Position numbers and translations under genes: made by a program
In this document: one piece after another, positions 1 through 11,150 of the stretch
Position numbering within the stretch: the stretch's first letter is position 1
Layout of the letters: the number at the start of each line of letters is the position of its first letter
The notes under the pieces: model-generated
What the model was told of the DNA's origin: nothing
The model's input: the letters and a program-made list of their open reading frames with translations, nothing else
The model's database searches: none
Origin: Macrostomum lignano
Lineage: Eukaryota
Assembly (NCBI GenBank): GCA_002269645.1
Contig: NIVC01001557.1
Location: forward strand, 62,001-126,000
DNA: 64,000 bases
Direction of reading: 5' to 3'

Positions 1-284
1 AAATTGTCTTGAGTTGTAAAGGTGCTTCATTGTCTGAGACTCTGGTGTGACGCAAGGGACACTGGGGCGTCGTACGTGAGGCGTAACTTGCGTCGCTAAA
101 GAATCACTGAGTTCCGTCAAAATCGCATGTACGTCATTTTATGAGTTGCGATCGCATTCAACATTTATAACAACTCTATTTAGTCTACTCGAGTTTGTAG
201 ACAGTTAAACGCTAACACAACGATTCTTGGACGACTTTTTGCGACTCATCAATCGCCTCTATTGTCGTTTGAGTTTTTAGAAAG

Positions 285-778
285 TCACAAGAGCCGCCTA
301 AATGTCGCTAGAGTCCCTAGGTCCCTAGAGGGTTGTTTGAAATGACGTGTCGAATGAAATGTCGCAATGGGTCCTTGTAGGAAGCAGCCCGAATTCAAAT
401 TTCTCTGGTCAAGAAGCGTCACCCAGCAGACAGTGACTGAGTGACTGCTAACTGGTATGTGACTGTGTGTAACGTCTCCAGGTGTTGTAAGCTGGGGCTG
501 AGAGAGAGAGACGTCCAAACACGCGACATCGGGGGGCTCCAACTCCCCCAGGACAACGCCCCGGCCCACACAGCTAAAAAACTATCGAGTTCATGAAGCA
601 GAACCGCGTCCATCTTTACTTCTTCGACTTCTTTACGGGCCAAGCGTCTGCTCAGGGGAGTTAGAGTTGAGACGCTGTTGAGACATCCTCCAACATCCTG
701 TTTGACACTACTCAGTTGGAGTGGGGTAGCTGCTTTTTTACGTGGCTTGAGAAGATGAGAGGAAGCGCATCGATGCAG
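285..778 (-). CDS. C2CD5: candidate further C2CD5 exon (needs a 1-nt frameshift near 576-581)
   Basis: A phase-2 acceptor at 779 opens a frame through KMDAVLLHELD. Downstream similarity (VLGELEPP) is weak and lies in another frame. The 3' boundary is unknown. Confidence 0.35.
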
Positions 779-1000
779 CTGGAGGGTAGTTCGAAAAGTG
801 CTACGAGTAACATATGTTTTTATTCAACATTGTGGTTCTGTGTAAGTTTTTATAACTACTATTAATAACTATTAATAATTTCTACAAAAATAGCCTAGCC
901 GCATCAAAAACGCACAGAAAAATGGCACCAAATAATCGCAACTTTTTATTCACAAATGCATCGAAATGTTTCTTATCAAATACCCGAACAAGCTGCCCAC

Positions 1001-1306
1001 CTGGACACAAACTCGGACACCTTGGCCTGCAGACTGGACAGCAGCCGTTGATCGCCTTTAGACACGAGCTGCGGCTCGCAGGGCGCGGGCAACGCCAGCA
1101 GGTGGACCCCGGTGCCGGTGGCCGTCACCAGAATGCCGCAGCTGGCCACCGACATACGGGTTCGAAGCCCGAACAGGCCGTTCATGCCGCGCAGGCGCAG
1201 CTTCTGCACCAGCTGGCTGTGCAGCTCGTACTCGATGAAGGGCAGCCGGTCGCTCACCTCGCGAGCGTTCGCCTCGCCTTTGGCGTCTCGCTTGGGCCGC
1301 CAGACT
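1001..1306 (-). CDS. C2CD5: C2CD5 coding exon 6
   Basis: VWRPKRDAKGEANAREVSDRLPFIEYELHSQLVQKLRLRGMNGLFGLR...ATGTGVHLLALP. Probable donor AG|GTGGGC. Confidence 0.85.
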
Positions 1307-1388
1307 CTGTTTGTGGGGAGATTAGGGATAAAAATCCCATTTTTAATAGCTCAGTCACTGCAGATTAAATCCCATTTAGCTCAGTCAC

Positions 1389-1578
1389 CTGGCCTGAATG
1401 AGTGCCGGTTGTCCGCAGGTGGCCAGTTCGGCCGGAGTGTCCGAAGTGGCCAGCAGGATGTCCGGGACGCTGCCGCGGCCGCAGACGGCGCAACGGCTGA
1501 AGGACACGGGGAAGGGCGGGCTGGACTGGCTGTACAGCACGTGCAGAGCGCGACAGCTCGATGGCGGCTGATGGGAAT
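1389..1578 (-). CDS. C2CD5: C2CD5 coding exon 5
   Basis: Acceptor ttttcttccag|, then CRALHVLY...PFP...CAVCGRGSVPDILLAT...LIQAR. Donor AG|GTGACT, phase 2. Confidence 0.87.
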
Positions 1579-1602
1579 CTGGAAGAAAAAGTGGTGAGCA
1601 AT

Positions 1603-1912
1603 CAAGATAGCAGCTCCTACCAGCTCTCATTCTGATTGGCTGGCTAACCACCTCACTCCTACCAGCTCTCATACTAATTGGCTGGCTACCCACCTCACTC
1701 CTACCAGCTCTAATCCTGATTGGCTGGCTACCCACCTCACTCCTAACAGCTCTCATTCTGATTGGCTGGCTAATCACCTTACTCCTATCAGCTCTCATTC
1801 TGATTGGCTGGGTACCCACCTCACTCCTAATAACCGCTCTCATTCCGATTGGCCGGCTACCCACCTCACTTCCACCAGATTGGCTGGCTAAGTTTCTCCA
1901 GCTGCTATCTTG
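1603..1912. repeat. 42-bp CCAAT minisatellite bounded by a 13-bp inverted repeat (MITE-like), C2CD5 intron 4
   Basis: CAAGATAGCAGCT (1603-1615) / AGCTGCTATCTTG (1900-1912); units CTCTCATTCTGATTGGCTGGCTACCCACCTCACTCCTACCAG. Confidence 0.75.
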
Positions 1913-1938
1913 CCATCCAAAAAAGCTTTGCAACTCAC

Positions 1939-2224
1939 TCTGAACATCTTCTAGAGAGTTCAGCTTAGCAGCCGTGCCGTATGCGCTCAACACAATAAGA
2001 TCATCGGCGATGCACGTCTCCTCGTTATAGCCTATCACGGTCGAGCAGCCAAAAGCGCGCGCGTGGGCGCGAACCTCGGCGCGTATCTCAGACCACCAGG
2101 CGTCGCGCGCGTCTGGTGCATCCGGGCTGTGAACCAGGAGTTTCACGGATTTGGCGGCCACTGTGCCACCAAGGCTGGCGACTAGACCCGTTGGCAGACA
2201 GGACATAGTCACAAATGGTGTGTC
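1939..2224 (-). CDS. C2CD5: C2CD5 coding exon 4
   Basis: DTPFVTMSCLPTGLVASLGGTVAAKSVKLL...DAWWSEIRAEVRAHARAFGC...GTAAKL. Best donor is CAGA|GTGAGT, phase 1. Confidence 0.87.
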
Positions 2225-2272
2225 CTAAATTGTGGAGTATAGTTATGGTGCGAATTTTGATTGATATCAAAC

Positions 2273-2870
2273 CTAGCCAATCAGAGATCGCAGAACTGCA
2301 GTGAGGTGGGTGACTAACCAAACAGCCAATCAGAGATCACAGAACTGCAGTGAGGTGGGTGACTAACCAAACAGCCAATCAGAGATCACAGAACCGGAGT
2401 GAGGTGGGTGACTATCCAAACAGCCAATCAGAGATCGCAGAACCGGGGTGAGGTGGGTGACTAACCAAACAGCCAATCAGAGATCACAGAACCGGAGTGA
2501 GGTGGGTGACTATCCAAACAGCCAATCAGAGATCGCAGAACCGGGGTGAGGTGGGTGACTAACCAAACAGCCAATCAGAGATCACAGAACCGGAGTGAGG
2601 TGGGTGACTATCCAAACAGCCAATCAGAGATCGCAGAACCGGAGTGAGGTGGGTGACTATCCAAACAAGTAATCAGAGATCGCAGAATCGGAGTGAGGTG
2701 GGTGACTATCCAAACAAGTAATCAGAGATCGCAAAATCGGAGTGAGGTGGGTGACTATCCAAACAAGTAATCAGAGATCGCAAAATCGGAGTGAGGTGGG
2801 TGACTAACCAAACAGACAATCAGAGATCGCAGGACTGTCCTGGGGTACCAAACAGCCAATCAGAGACAGC
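2273..2870. repeat. 49-bp minisatellite, C2CD5 intron 3
   Basis: AAACAGCCAATCAGAGATCGCAGAACCGGAGTGAGGTGGGTGACTATCC about x12. Confidence 0.9.
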
Positions 2871-2914
2871 AAAAATCAAACTGACTTCAGCATGGCTATG
2901 AAAGTCATTCTCAC

Positions 2915-3365
2915 ACATTCAGCGGCAGCGCTGGGGGCCCCGGCAGTCATCAGAGACGCCAGCGGCCGCAGATTGGCGGATTCCGAGGCAGAAGTGGCGA
3001 CAACCAGCAGTTTGTTAAATCCGGGGCCAGCGTCGGCCACATCAGCGGACTGTTGCTGCTGAACTGCGGACTGCTGTTCCAAGGTGCCGTTAGTCGCTGC
3101 AGGGTCACCGGCAGGCTCTGCAGCCGGAGCGGCAGCAACAGACAGCGAAGACTGCACAGTAAGCGAAGTCTCCGTAGCCAGGTGAGCAGCAGATTTCGAT
3201 GCTGTCAGGCTGACGGCCGTGCCAATGCCGCGGACAACAATACCGGACTCGCCTTCCAAATCGAAGTGCAGCCGGTAGCCAATCACGGCGTTGCCGCCCA
3301 TGCCGAGGACTCGAAGGCCGAGCTTGCGTTGCAATTGGCCGTTTAAACGGCTGAATAAGCGCTGC
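2915..3365 (-). CDS. C2CD5: C2CD5 coding exon 3
   Basis: Acceptor gtgcag|, then RQRLFSRLNGQLQRKLGLRVLGMGGNAVIGYRLHFDLEGESGIVVRGIGTA plus an Ala/Gln-rich linker. Donor TGT|GTGAGA, phase 0 (3' end less certain). Confidence 0.85.
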
Positions 3366-3481
3366 CTGCACGGATAGGGCGAAATTGTGACTGACTGCCG
3401 ATATGTAGAGTAGAAAACTATATTTTGAGTAATTTCTTTAAAGAGTTCCTAGAGTGCAGATTGCACGCAGGTTGTATACTA

Positions 3482-4035
3482 TTGGGGGGTTTTAGCCTAT
3501 TGGGTAGCCTGGTTGTAGTCTAGTGGGGGGTTGTAGCCTAGTGGGGGGAGTTGTAGCCTAGTGGGGGTTTTAGCCTAGTGGGGGGAGTTGTAGCCTAGTG
3601 GGGGGAGTTGTAGCCTAGTGGGGGTTGTAACCTAGTGGGGGGTTGTAACCTAGTGGGGTTGTAGCCTAGTGGGGGGTTGTAGCCTAGTGGGGGGTTGTAG
3701 TCTAGTGGGGGTTGTAGCCTAGTGGGGGTTGTAGTCTAGTGGGGGGGGGTTGTAGCCTAGTGGGGGTTGTAGTCTAGTGGGGGTTGTAGTCTAGTGGGGG
3801 GTTGTAGCCTAGTGGGGGGTTGTAACCTAGTGGGGGGTTGTAACCTAGTGGGGGTTGTAGCCTAGTGGGGGGTTGTAGTCTAGTGGGGGGTTGTAGCCTA
3901 GTGGGAGTTGTAGCCTAGTGGGGGTTGTAGTCTAGTGGGGGGTTGTAGCCTAGTGGGGGGGGTTGTAGCCTAGTGGGGGGTTGTAGCCTAGTGGGGGGTT
4001 GTAGCCTAGTGGGGGTTGTGGCCTAGTGGGGGTTG
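3482..4035. repeat. 17-20-bp G-rich minisatellite derived from a SINE 5' end
   Basis: (GGGGGTTGTAGCCTAGT)n running directly into SINE copy 1. Confidence 0.9.
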
Positions 4036-4335
4036 TGTGGTTAGAGCAGCGGACTTACGACTGAAAAGTCGGGGGTTCGATTACCGATCCCACTCGGAAC
4101 AATTTGTGTCCTTGAGCAAGACACTTAACTCTGCATTGCTTCAGTTCACCCAGCTGTAAAATGAGTGTCAGCATTAGCTGGGGTAATTAAAGATGTGTGG
4201 CGACCCCCCCCCCCTCAGTCCTTGGACTGAACAGTCGTATGCAGCCTTCAGATGCGCCGCGCAATAGCTGCGGCTGAGCTGTCGGTTGCACATCTGCCCA
4301 TTGGGGCAGTTGTGATCAATCATCATTATTATTAA
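4022..4335 (+). mobile_element. tRNA-derived SINE, CORE-like family, copy 1
   Basis: B box GGTTCGATTAC; GTGTCCTTGAGCAAGACACTTAAC...CAGCTGTAAAATG resembles the MIR/CORE domain; (ATT)-like tail; clearly similar to 15569-15840. Confidence 0.8.
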
Positions 4336-4517
4336 TTAGATATGAAGGTATGAATGAAACAATCAATCGAACCCCAAGAAAGGATTTGATTTCATTTGCC
4401 GATATGTAGAAACAATAATTTTAAAGCACAGAAAATTGAATTCATATGCTTAATTCTGAGAGAAGCCTGATTCGAACCTATGTCAGCTCGAGAACAGTTG
4501 TGCCTCACTGGCCCTAC

Positions 4518-4828
4518 CTGGCCTCATTAGACGCCCTGGAAGTTCGAAGCTTCTCTATCCATTGGTATTCGGGATCGTCGTTGACAACCAGCTCTTCAAC
4601 AAAGCCGAGCAGCTGCAGCAGGGTCTGGCCGACCGGTACGCCCGGGTGATAGAAGAATTTCACGCCTAGAGACGACTCCCTGTACCTGTTGGTGTCGCTG
4701 AACAGGTCCAGGTTCACCGAGATCTGGATGTCACCCCTGATGCCGTGCATCGTGTCGTATAGGGGGAACCAGCCTGACATGCCCCGGCTGCCGTCTTTGC
4801 CCAGCAACGGGTTCAAGTCGATGTACAC
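4518..4828 (-). CDS. C2CD5: C2CD5 coding exon 2
   Basis: CAG acceptor, then VYIDLNPLL...GWFPLYDTMHGIRG...GFVEELVVNDDPEYQWIEKLRTSRASNEAR. Donor AG|GTAGGG, phase 2. Confidence 0.92.
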
Positions 4829-4854
4829 CTGGGCGGTGAAAGTTCCATCGGAAT

Positions 4855-5660
4855 TCTTATAGTCTATAATCATTGAATCACTTGTCTCTAGATCACTAAC
4901 CATTGAATCACTTGTCTCTAGATCTCTAATCATTGAATCACTTGTCTCTAGATCACTAACCATTGAATCACTTGTCTCTAGACCTCTAATCATTGAATCA
5001 CCTGTCTCTAGATCTCTAATTATTTGTATCACGTGTCTCTAGATCTGTAATCATTAAATCACGTGTCTCTAGATCTCTAATCATTAAATCACGTGTCTCT
5101 AGATCTCTAATCATTAAATCACGTGTCTCTAGATCTCTAATCATTGAATCACGTGTCTCTAGATCTCTAATCATTGAATCACTTGTCTCTAGATCTCTAA
5201 TCATTGAATCACTTGTCTCTAGATCACTAACCATTGAATCACTTGTCTCTAGACCTCTAATCATTGAATCACCTGTCTCTAGATCTCTAATTATTTGTAT
5301 CACGTGTCTCTAGATCTGTAATCATTGAATCACGTGTCTCTAGATCTCTAATCATTAAATCACGTGTCTCTAGATCTCTAATCATTAAATCACGTGTCTC
5401 TAGATCTCTAATCATTGAATCACGTGTCTCTAGATCTCTAATCATTGAATCACGTGTCTCTAGACCTCTAATCATTGAATTACGTGTCTCTAGATCTCTA
5501 ATCATTGAATCACGTGTCTCTAGATCTCTAATCATTGAATCACGTGTCTCTAGACCTCTAATCATTGAATCATTTGTATCTAGATCTCTAATCATTAAAT
5601 CACTTGTCTCTAGATATATAATTCTACATTCAAGTGTCTCTAGATCTCTAATTCTGGATT
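4855..5660. repeat. 30-bp minisatellite, C2CD5 intron 1
   Basis: TCTAGATCTCTAATCATTGAATCACGTGTC; a variant junction recurs about 270 bp apart (5011 and 5282). Confidence 0.92.
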
Positions 5661-5782
5661 CGGTTGTCTCTACATCACTATCTAATGATCCCTTAAATTT
5701 AGATTCCTAATAATAAAATCCTTATTCGCTAAGAGCGCTTGCACATTCTTCAGTCTCCCAGGCTCTCACAAGTCTCACTTGC

Positions 5783-6046
5783 CTTCCCAATAGCATCATG
5801 TGAGCTGTAGGTGTCATAGTCCAGGACCCGAATCTGCAAGGCCTCATCCTGCAGCTCTTCATCGTCCAGCTCAAACTTAAACCATTCCGTATTCCACTGC
5901 GGATTCAAGCTGCGCCTGGCGACTTCTGTTTTATAAGACGCGTTGCCAAGTTTCAGTTCGACAAAAGCGTCAGTGGAATAGCTGGCCCTGTCCATCACGG
6001 GCAGGTTGCGAGCTGACAGGATTTTCACTCGTACTCTGCCAGGCAT
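5783..6046 (-). CDS. C2CD5: C2 domain-containing protein 5, coding exon 1 (C2 domain)
   Basis: MPGRVRVKILSARNLPVMDRASYSTDAFVELKLG...WFKFELDDEELQDEALQIRVLDYDTYSSHDAIGK matches the known C2CD5/KIAA0528 N-terminus. The exon ends at a GC donor (AAG|GCAAGT), phase 0. Confidence 0.93.
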
Positions 6047-8192
6047 GACTGCTGCAGGCAAGACAGGAAGCAACAGGTGTGCCAGCTTAATCAAATAGAT
6101 TGTCCGTCTGTTCTGCGGCCATTTTGCTAATAACTCAGTTCTGTTCTAGAAAACAATGTAGCCGCCTAATTAGAGAGCAGAGGCAACAGTCTACTCAGAG
6201 GGCTGTCTAGAGAGCAGGGGTAACAGTCCAGTAACAGACGGCTCTTCTCAGAAGACAGCAGGCAGCAATCTACTCAGAGAGCAAGGGCAGCAATCTACTT
6301 AGAAAGCTACTTAGTAGTGGCAGCAATCTACTATGTGTTGTGATAGTACCATGAGATAGTAGTCATATGCATACCTAGATTTGTTTTAAACAATTCTCAT
6401 TTTTAACAATTTTTTAAAAAAATTATAGGCTATGTGTTACAATGCTAGCTGTTTTAGGGTATAAATTTTAGAGATTTAGAGATAGAGATAGAGATTTAGA
6501 GATATGACTAATATATTTGCTATTAAATATTAGAGAGACAATTGTTAGCCTAGTAGAAAAATATTTTTCCATTTTTAAATACATAATTTTAAGTAAATTT
6601 AGCCATTATTAATTAATAGATAAATAGAAGTCATTTCTTAAGGTATCTAGTAGATCTTGTTCTGATAAAGTAGAATATAATATAAGGTAATTAACTTCTT
6701 AATCTTGCTATTCTTGGTTACTTTTTAATCTTAGCCAATATTTAATATAACATATTTGTATATTTTTGGTATATTATATTTTATCCGCAATCATAATCAT
6801 ATACTTTAGGTTTTATTTTATATTAGTCAAAGCCAATATAATATAAATCATTAAACAATAAAAAAAATATTTATATTTATAACTAGGTCTAGTCTAACAA
6901 GTATTATTATTAAACCATGTTTATATTTTTTTTGTTTTGATTAAATAAAACAATCAGTAGCATATCCAGGATTTTCCATTGGGGGCATATGATAAATAAT
7001 GCTAAGTACACACCAGAATATCCAAAACTTTTTTAGGAAAGAAGCAATTAAATACCTTTCTACAATTATGGCCTTTTTCCAAAAGACATTTTTGGAAGCC
7101 AATGCAATGAACAATAATATCTATCCTTTCTGAAGCAATTGGAGAAGGGGCAAGCCCCTACTTTACATATATTTAATAATATATATTTTTTCTAAATATT
7201 TGTAAAACTAGTTTTTTAAGCCTCCTTCCTATCTTAGTTTAAATCAATTAATCTAAATCAAAAGATTTATATAGGGGGGCCTTGCCTTTGGTTAGTACAA
7301 GTAGGCCTTATATCTATGAACTGAAACTAACTTGATTTTGCAAGTTAGGCCTAGCCTAACTAATATTTAGTTAACTAAAATATGTAAAATAATTATTATA
7401 TAGACTTGGCCTAGACCTAGTTGCATGATTTAATTCCACTTTTATAAAGACAAAAAGTGTTATAAATTTGTAAACCTACATTAAATATGACAACCTTCAA
7501 TCAAAATTTATTATGCAAAAGAGAGAACAATAGACACACAACAAACAACAATGAATAAGCCTTAATTCTATGTGTACCTTGGTCCTCCAGTCCAGCCTAA
7601 ATCCGAACCTCTAAAGCAAACCAAGGACTACTTAAGACGGTGTTCTTAAGTAGTCCTTGAAGCAAACACCAACTTCAGCTATGTTTAGGATGGAATAATA
7701 GATAGGTTAGGCCTAAACAGTTGGAAAACAAGTGAATGATAAGTGCTAAGGAATTAGCAGCAGACCAGCAGCCCATAAAAATAGTAATTTTCGAATAATT
7801 TACTGATATACCTAGAACCAAGTGGCCCTGTCCCCCAGGATGCCAGGGGGGTCTGGTGCCGACCCCCCCCCCACCGCGCGAAATCATGCCTAGTTTTGGA
7901 AACTTTTTCTTTTAGTTAGTTATCTTCAAACATTGTTTCAACTGTTTGGTCTTCTATGATTCATATGGCCGTATTTTCATGCATCACAGCTACGGCCTAC
8001 GCTACAAGAAGCTGCATAGAAAGCCTGGGCTGTGAGTCTGGCAGTCAGGAACACGCATATTTCAGAGTCTTTCTAAGAACAACGGGTAATAATTCTTACA
8101 AAGTTTAATTTCAAACTTACTGCACAAACAGTCAAACAAAACATTCAACTTCTTTTCAAAAGATATGGCACTGTACATAGCTTTCTGCAACA

Positions 8193-8558
8193 AGGGGGCC
8201 GTAGCCCAGCGGTAGCGCAGCTGCTCTGGTGTGCCAGCGACCCAGGCTCGATTCCAAGTGCAGTCACATTAATTTGGGGCTGAATTGGAATCTCGGCTTG
8301 GCTCTGCTTGTGCAATTTACGGCCTTGAGAGCCAACCCCCCAAGGCGCAGTGAAGTGTACATGCCTAACGATAATATAAAGTTAGGGCCGCTGTACTCTC
8401 CTGTGTGAGTGTGTGCCTGCGTACGTATCTGCGCGCTTGTATGCCTGCTCAGGGGAGTCGGCGGAATGGGCAGTAATGCCTCTCGCCGGTTGTGTGCCTA
8501 TGTCGCTTAAAGTGCGCCAGGGTGCACACAACCCCCTGCCTCTAATAAAAAAAATAAA
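8193..8558 (+). mobile_element. full-length tRNA-derived SINE (second family)
   Basis: A box TAGCCCAGCGG, B box GGCTCGATTCC, A-rich tail and an exact 16-bp TSD ATAGCTTTCTGCAACA (8177-8192 and 8559-8574). Confidence 0.9.
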
Positions 8559-8815
8559 ATAGCTTTCTGCAACATTAGTTCCAATTGGGGCCTGCGCATG
8601 TTTGCCTGTGAACGCGATATAGTTGAGTACAATATTACGTTATTTCTTGTACGCTCGTATAGTTGACTGACTAAAACTTAAAAGTCCGCAGCCATTTAGG
8701 ACAATGGAACGTTTAACACTTAATTGCTACTTTCAGAAGCAATCGGCCATCCGTGCCATCATCGACAACTGCAGATATGTCGTCGTCCATATGCCGAATT
8801 CTGCATTTGCAGATC

Positions 8816-9087
8816 CAGTGGCGTCGCCTCCGGGGAGGGACAGGGGGGACATGTCCCCTAGTAAAAGCTATAGGGGGAGATACCAATGCTTTGTCCCCCA
8901 ACCCCCCACCTTGTCAACCGTTGAAATCAATTGCTTCAGGTCGCGCCAAAAATATAGCGCCTGCGGCGCCGAAAATGAGTGCGGACAATGCTCACAAAAT
9001 GATTCACAAAATAATGTTCTTAGTTGTGTACATGTAGCTGAATTCTTTACTTTGACCCCCATCATGAAATCCATGGCGACGCCCCTG
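8816..9087. mobile_element. hAT-like MITE
   Basis: TIR CAGTGGCGTCGCC / GGCGACGCCCCTG. Near-TSD GCAGAT(T)C. Related partial copies at about 16640-16830 and 29730-29918. Confidence 0.7.
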
Positions 9088-10703
9088 GCAGATTCTGTAG
9101 AAGTACAGGTAATTCGACATCCATCGCCGACACCTATTATAAGGTGTAGAATTCTATTTCATATTCGCGAGTCTTACATGTACATGCGTACATGCATGTA
9201 GTGTTACCACTGCAGTTTGTGTACATGGAATGCAACAGTCACTATCTAGCAAAACCTCTGACGACTTAAAAGCTGCATGACACTAAAAAAGAACATGCAT
9301 ACACTGGACGCAGGCCACTCTGTGGATTCACAGGTAGAGCGCGACAGGCTGCTATACACGTATGTATTTGGACATGTACGCGATTCATGTGCACACGCTC
9401 ACACAGGGTGTAACAGCGGCCCTGACTTTCTAATTAGCAGGTATGTACACTCTCTGTGTCTGGGGGGGGGGGTGGCCCTCTTGGCTGCGAATCGCACGAC
9501 TTTAATCGAACCAGGTGTCGCGGCCCTTCTACCGCAGAGCTGCCTTTGTTGCCCCCTCCCCCTTATCTTCACAACAGAAGAGTTGAAAATAATCAGAGTC
9601 CAGTCTTTAACGTCAGCAGCGTAGTTAAATTATTTTTTACAGAAATTAAAAGCGCTGGGCGTATAACAGGGGGAACGGGACAGTAAAAAGGGAGTATAAA
9701 TTTTTGTATTTTAAAATAATTTCTATAGATACTCAGCCCATGTCTATGTAATCTCTTCCAGCTACATTAATATCTTTTGTAATTGTTTCAGCAGCGTTCA
9801 CCAAGGCAAAGATCAGCAGTTTGTCAGAGCGAGAAGCGCGGTGTGGGAGCAGGAAATTGTTCAGCAGCAAAAGAGAAGTTTAGGCAACAAAAATACGGAT
9901 GAAAGAGAAACAAAAAACACAGGAGCACAAAAAAACTGTTGTTGAGTGACAGCAATTAACGCGCTTGTGTACAGAATAGTACTTTAAGTAGTCAATAGCA
10001 GGTTGTCTTTGTAAAAAAAACTCAACTTCCGTTCGCGATCGTGCAAAGGCAACCGGTACTGCCGACACTGGATTTTAACTCTTTGCAGCTCTAAAAGAGA
10101 TTCGGTTTGTGCGAGAGCCTGGGAGCGCAATAAAGATAGAGGAGGAGAGAAAAACACAAGTTTTAAATTCAATTGCTGATTTAACTTGGTCTTGTCTTAT
10201 AACTCGTAAATTAATAAGCAGTTCGTGTGTTGTTGGCCAAGCAAAGAAAAAAGGCAATGGCTTGAGCAAATCAGCGAAACACAGAAATACATGACAGAGT
10301 TGGCGGGGGGGCAGTGGCTAGTCTACGCATACTAATTAATCTAAGCTGCTGGTGCATTCATTCATGCACAGCAGCTGGGTTATTGTAAACTTTCAGGCAG
10401 CCAAAAGTGTTATGCAACTATCTACCGCAATCCGAGTGTTATAACATCTGGTGTTGTAGAGCAACCAGAAAATTTTTAGTGGAATAGCAAAACCAACAGC
10501 TTCGCTGGCAACAAATCCACGGAGCAGTTCCAAGGGTGCAAGTTGATGATCCAATGACGCAAACAGAAAAAAACCGAAAGAGTGATCGAAAAAAACACTT
10601 TGTTAAACAGGAAAATTGAATGATGATGAAGGGATGTCTTATATTGTCCCAACCTTGAAGGTTTGATTTCTAGGAGCTTCACTGCCCGTCCAAGAGAGCA
10701 GAT

Positions 10704-11150
10704 CACAGATACTTGAATAACTTGATGAGCCACTCAGCACATTTGCGTGTAAACTACTTTCAGTTCAGTAGTAAGTTAAACTGAAGCATTTTAATGTATT
10801 TTTAAAGTCAAGGCTCATTTATTGGCTCTTACTCCCAGCCTAAACCCTCCAACCGCGCCTTTCCACACTACCACCGCCCCGCCCCAATTTTTATGGCCTT
10901 TCCCGGAATTCCAAGCCTAAAGCTGCCATGTACATTTCAGTGAACTGGCCAATGTACATTTCTGCTGAACCAATTAGCAAGTTGTTCACGCCTGCAATCT
11001 TTTTTGGGTTTCTAAACTTATCAAAGTCATTTCAGCTGCCTTTATTAAAAAACAGCTTAAGTATTCTTCTTTACTACTGAACTGAAAGTAGAAAGCTGTT
11101 TTACTAAGTATATGTGCCTGAGTGGCCATCTAGTTATTTTAGAATCTGTG
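10704..11150. mobile_element. fold-back element with long imperfect TIRs
   Basis: CACAGAT..AATAACT.GATG.GCCACTCAG.CACAT...CTACTTTCAGTTCAGTAGTA is mirrored at 11070-11150. No TSD identified. Confidence 0.6.

Noticed and set aside
4855-5660. Regular arrays as possible CRISPR
   Set aside because: Units are contiguous with no unique spacers, there are no cas genes, and the context is a eukaryotic intron. The same applies to all other arrays in the window.
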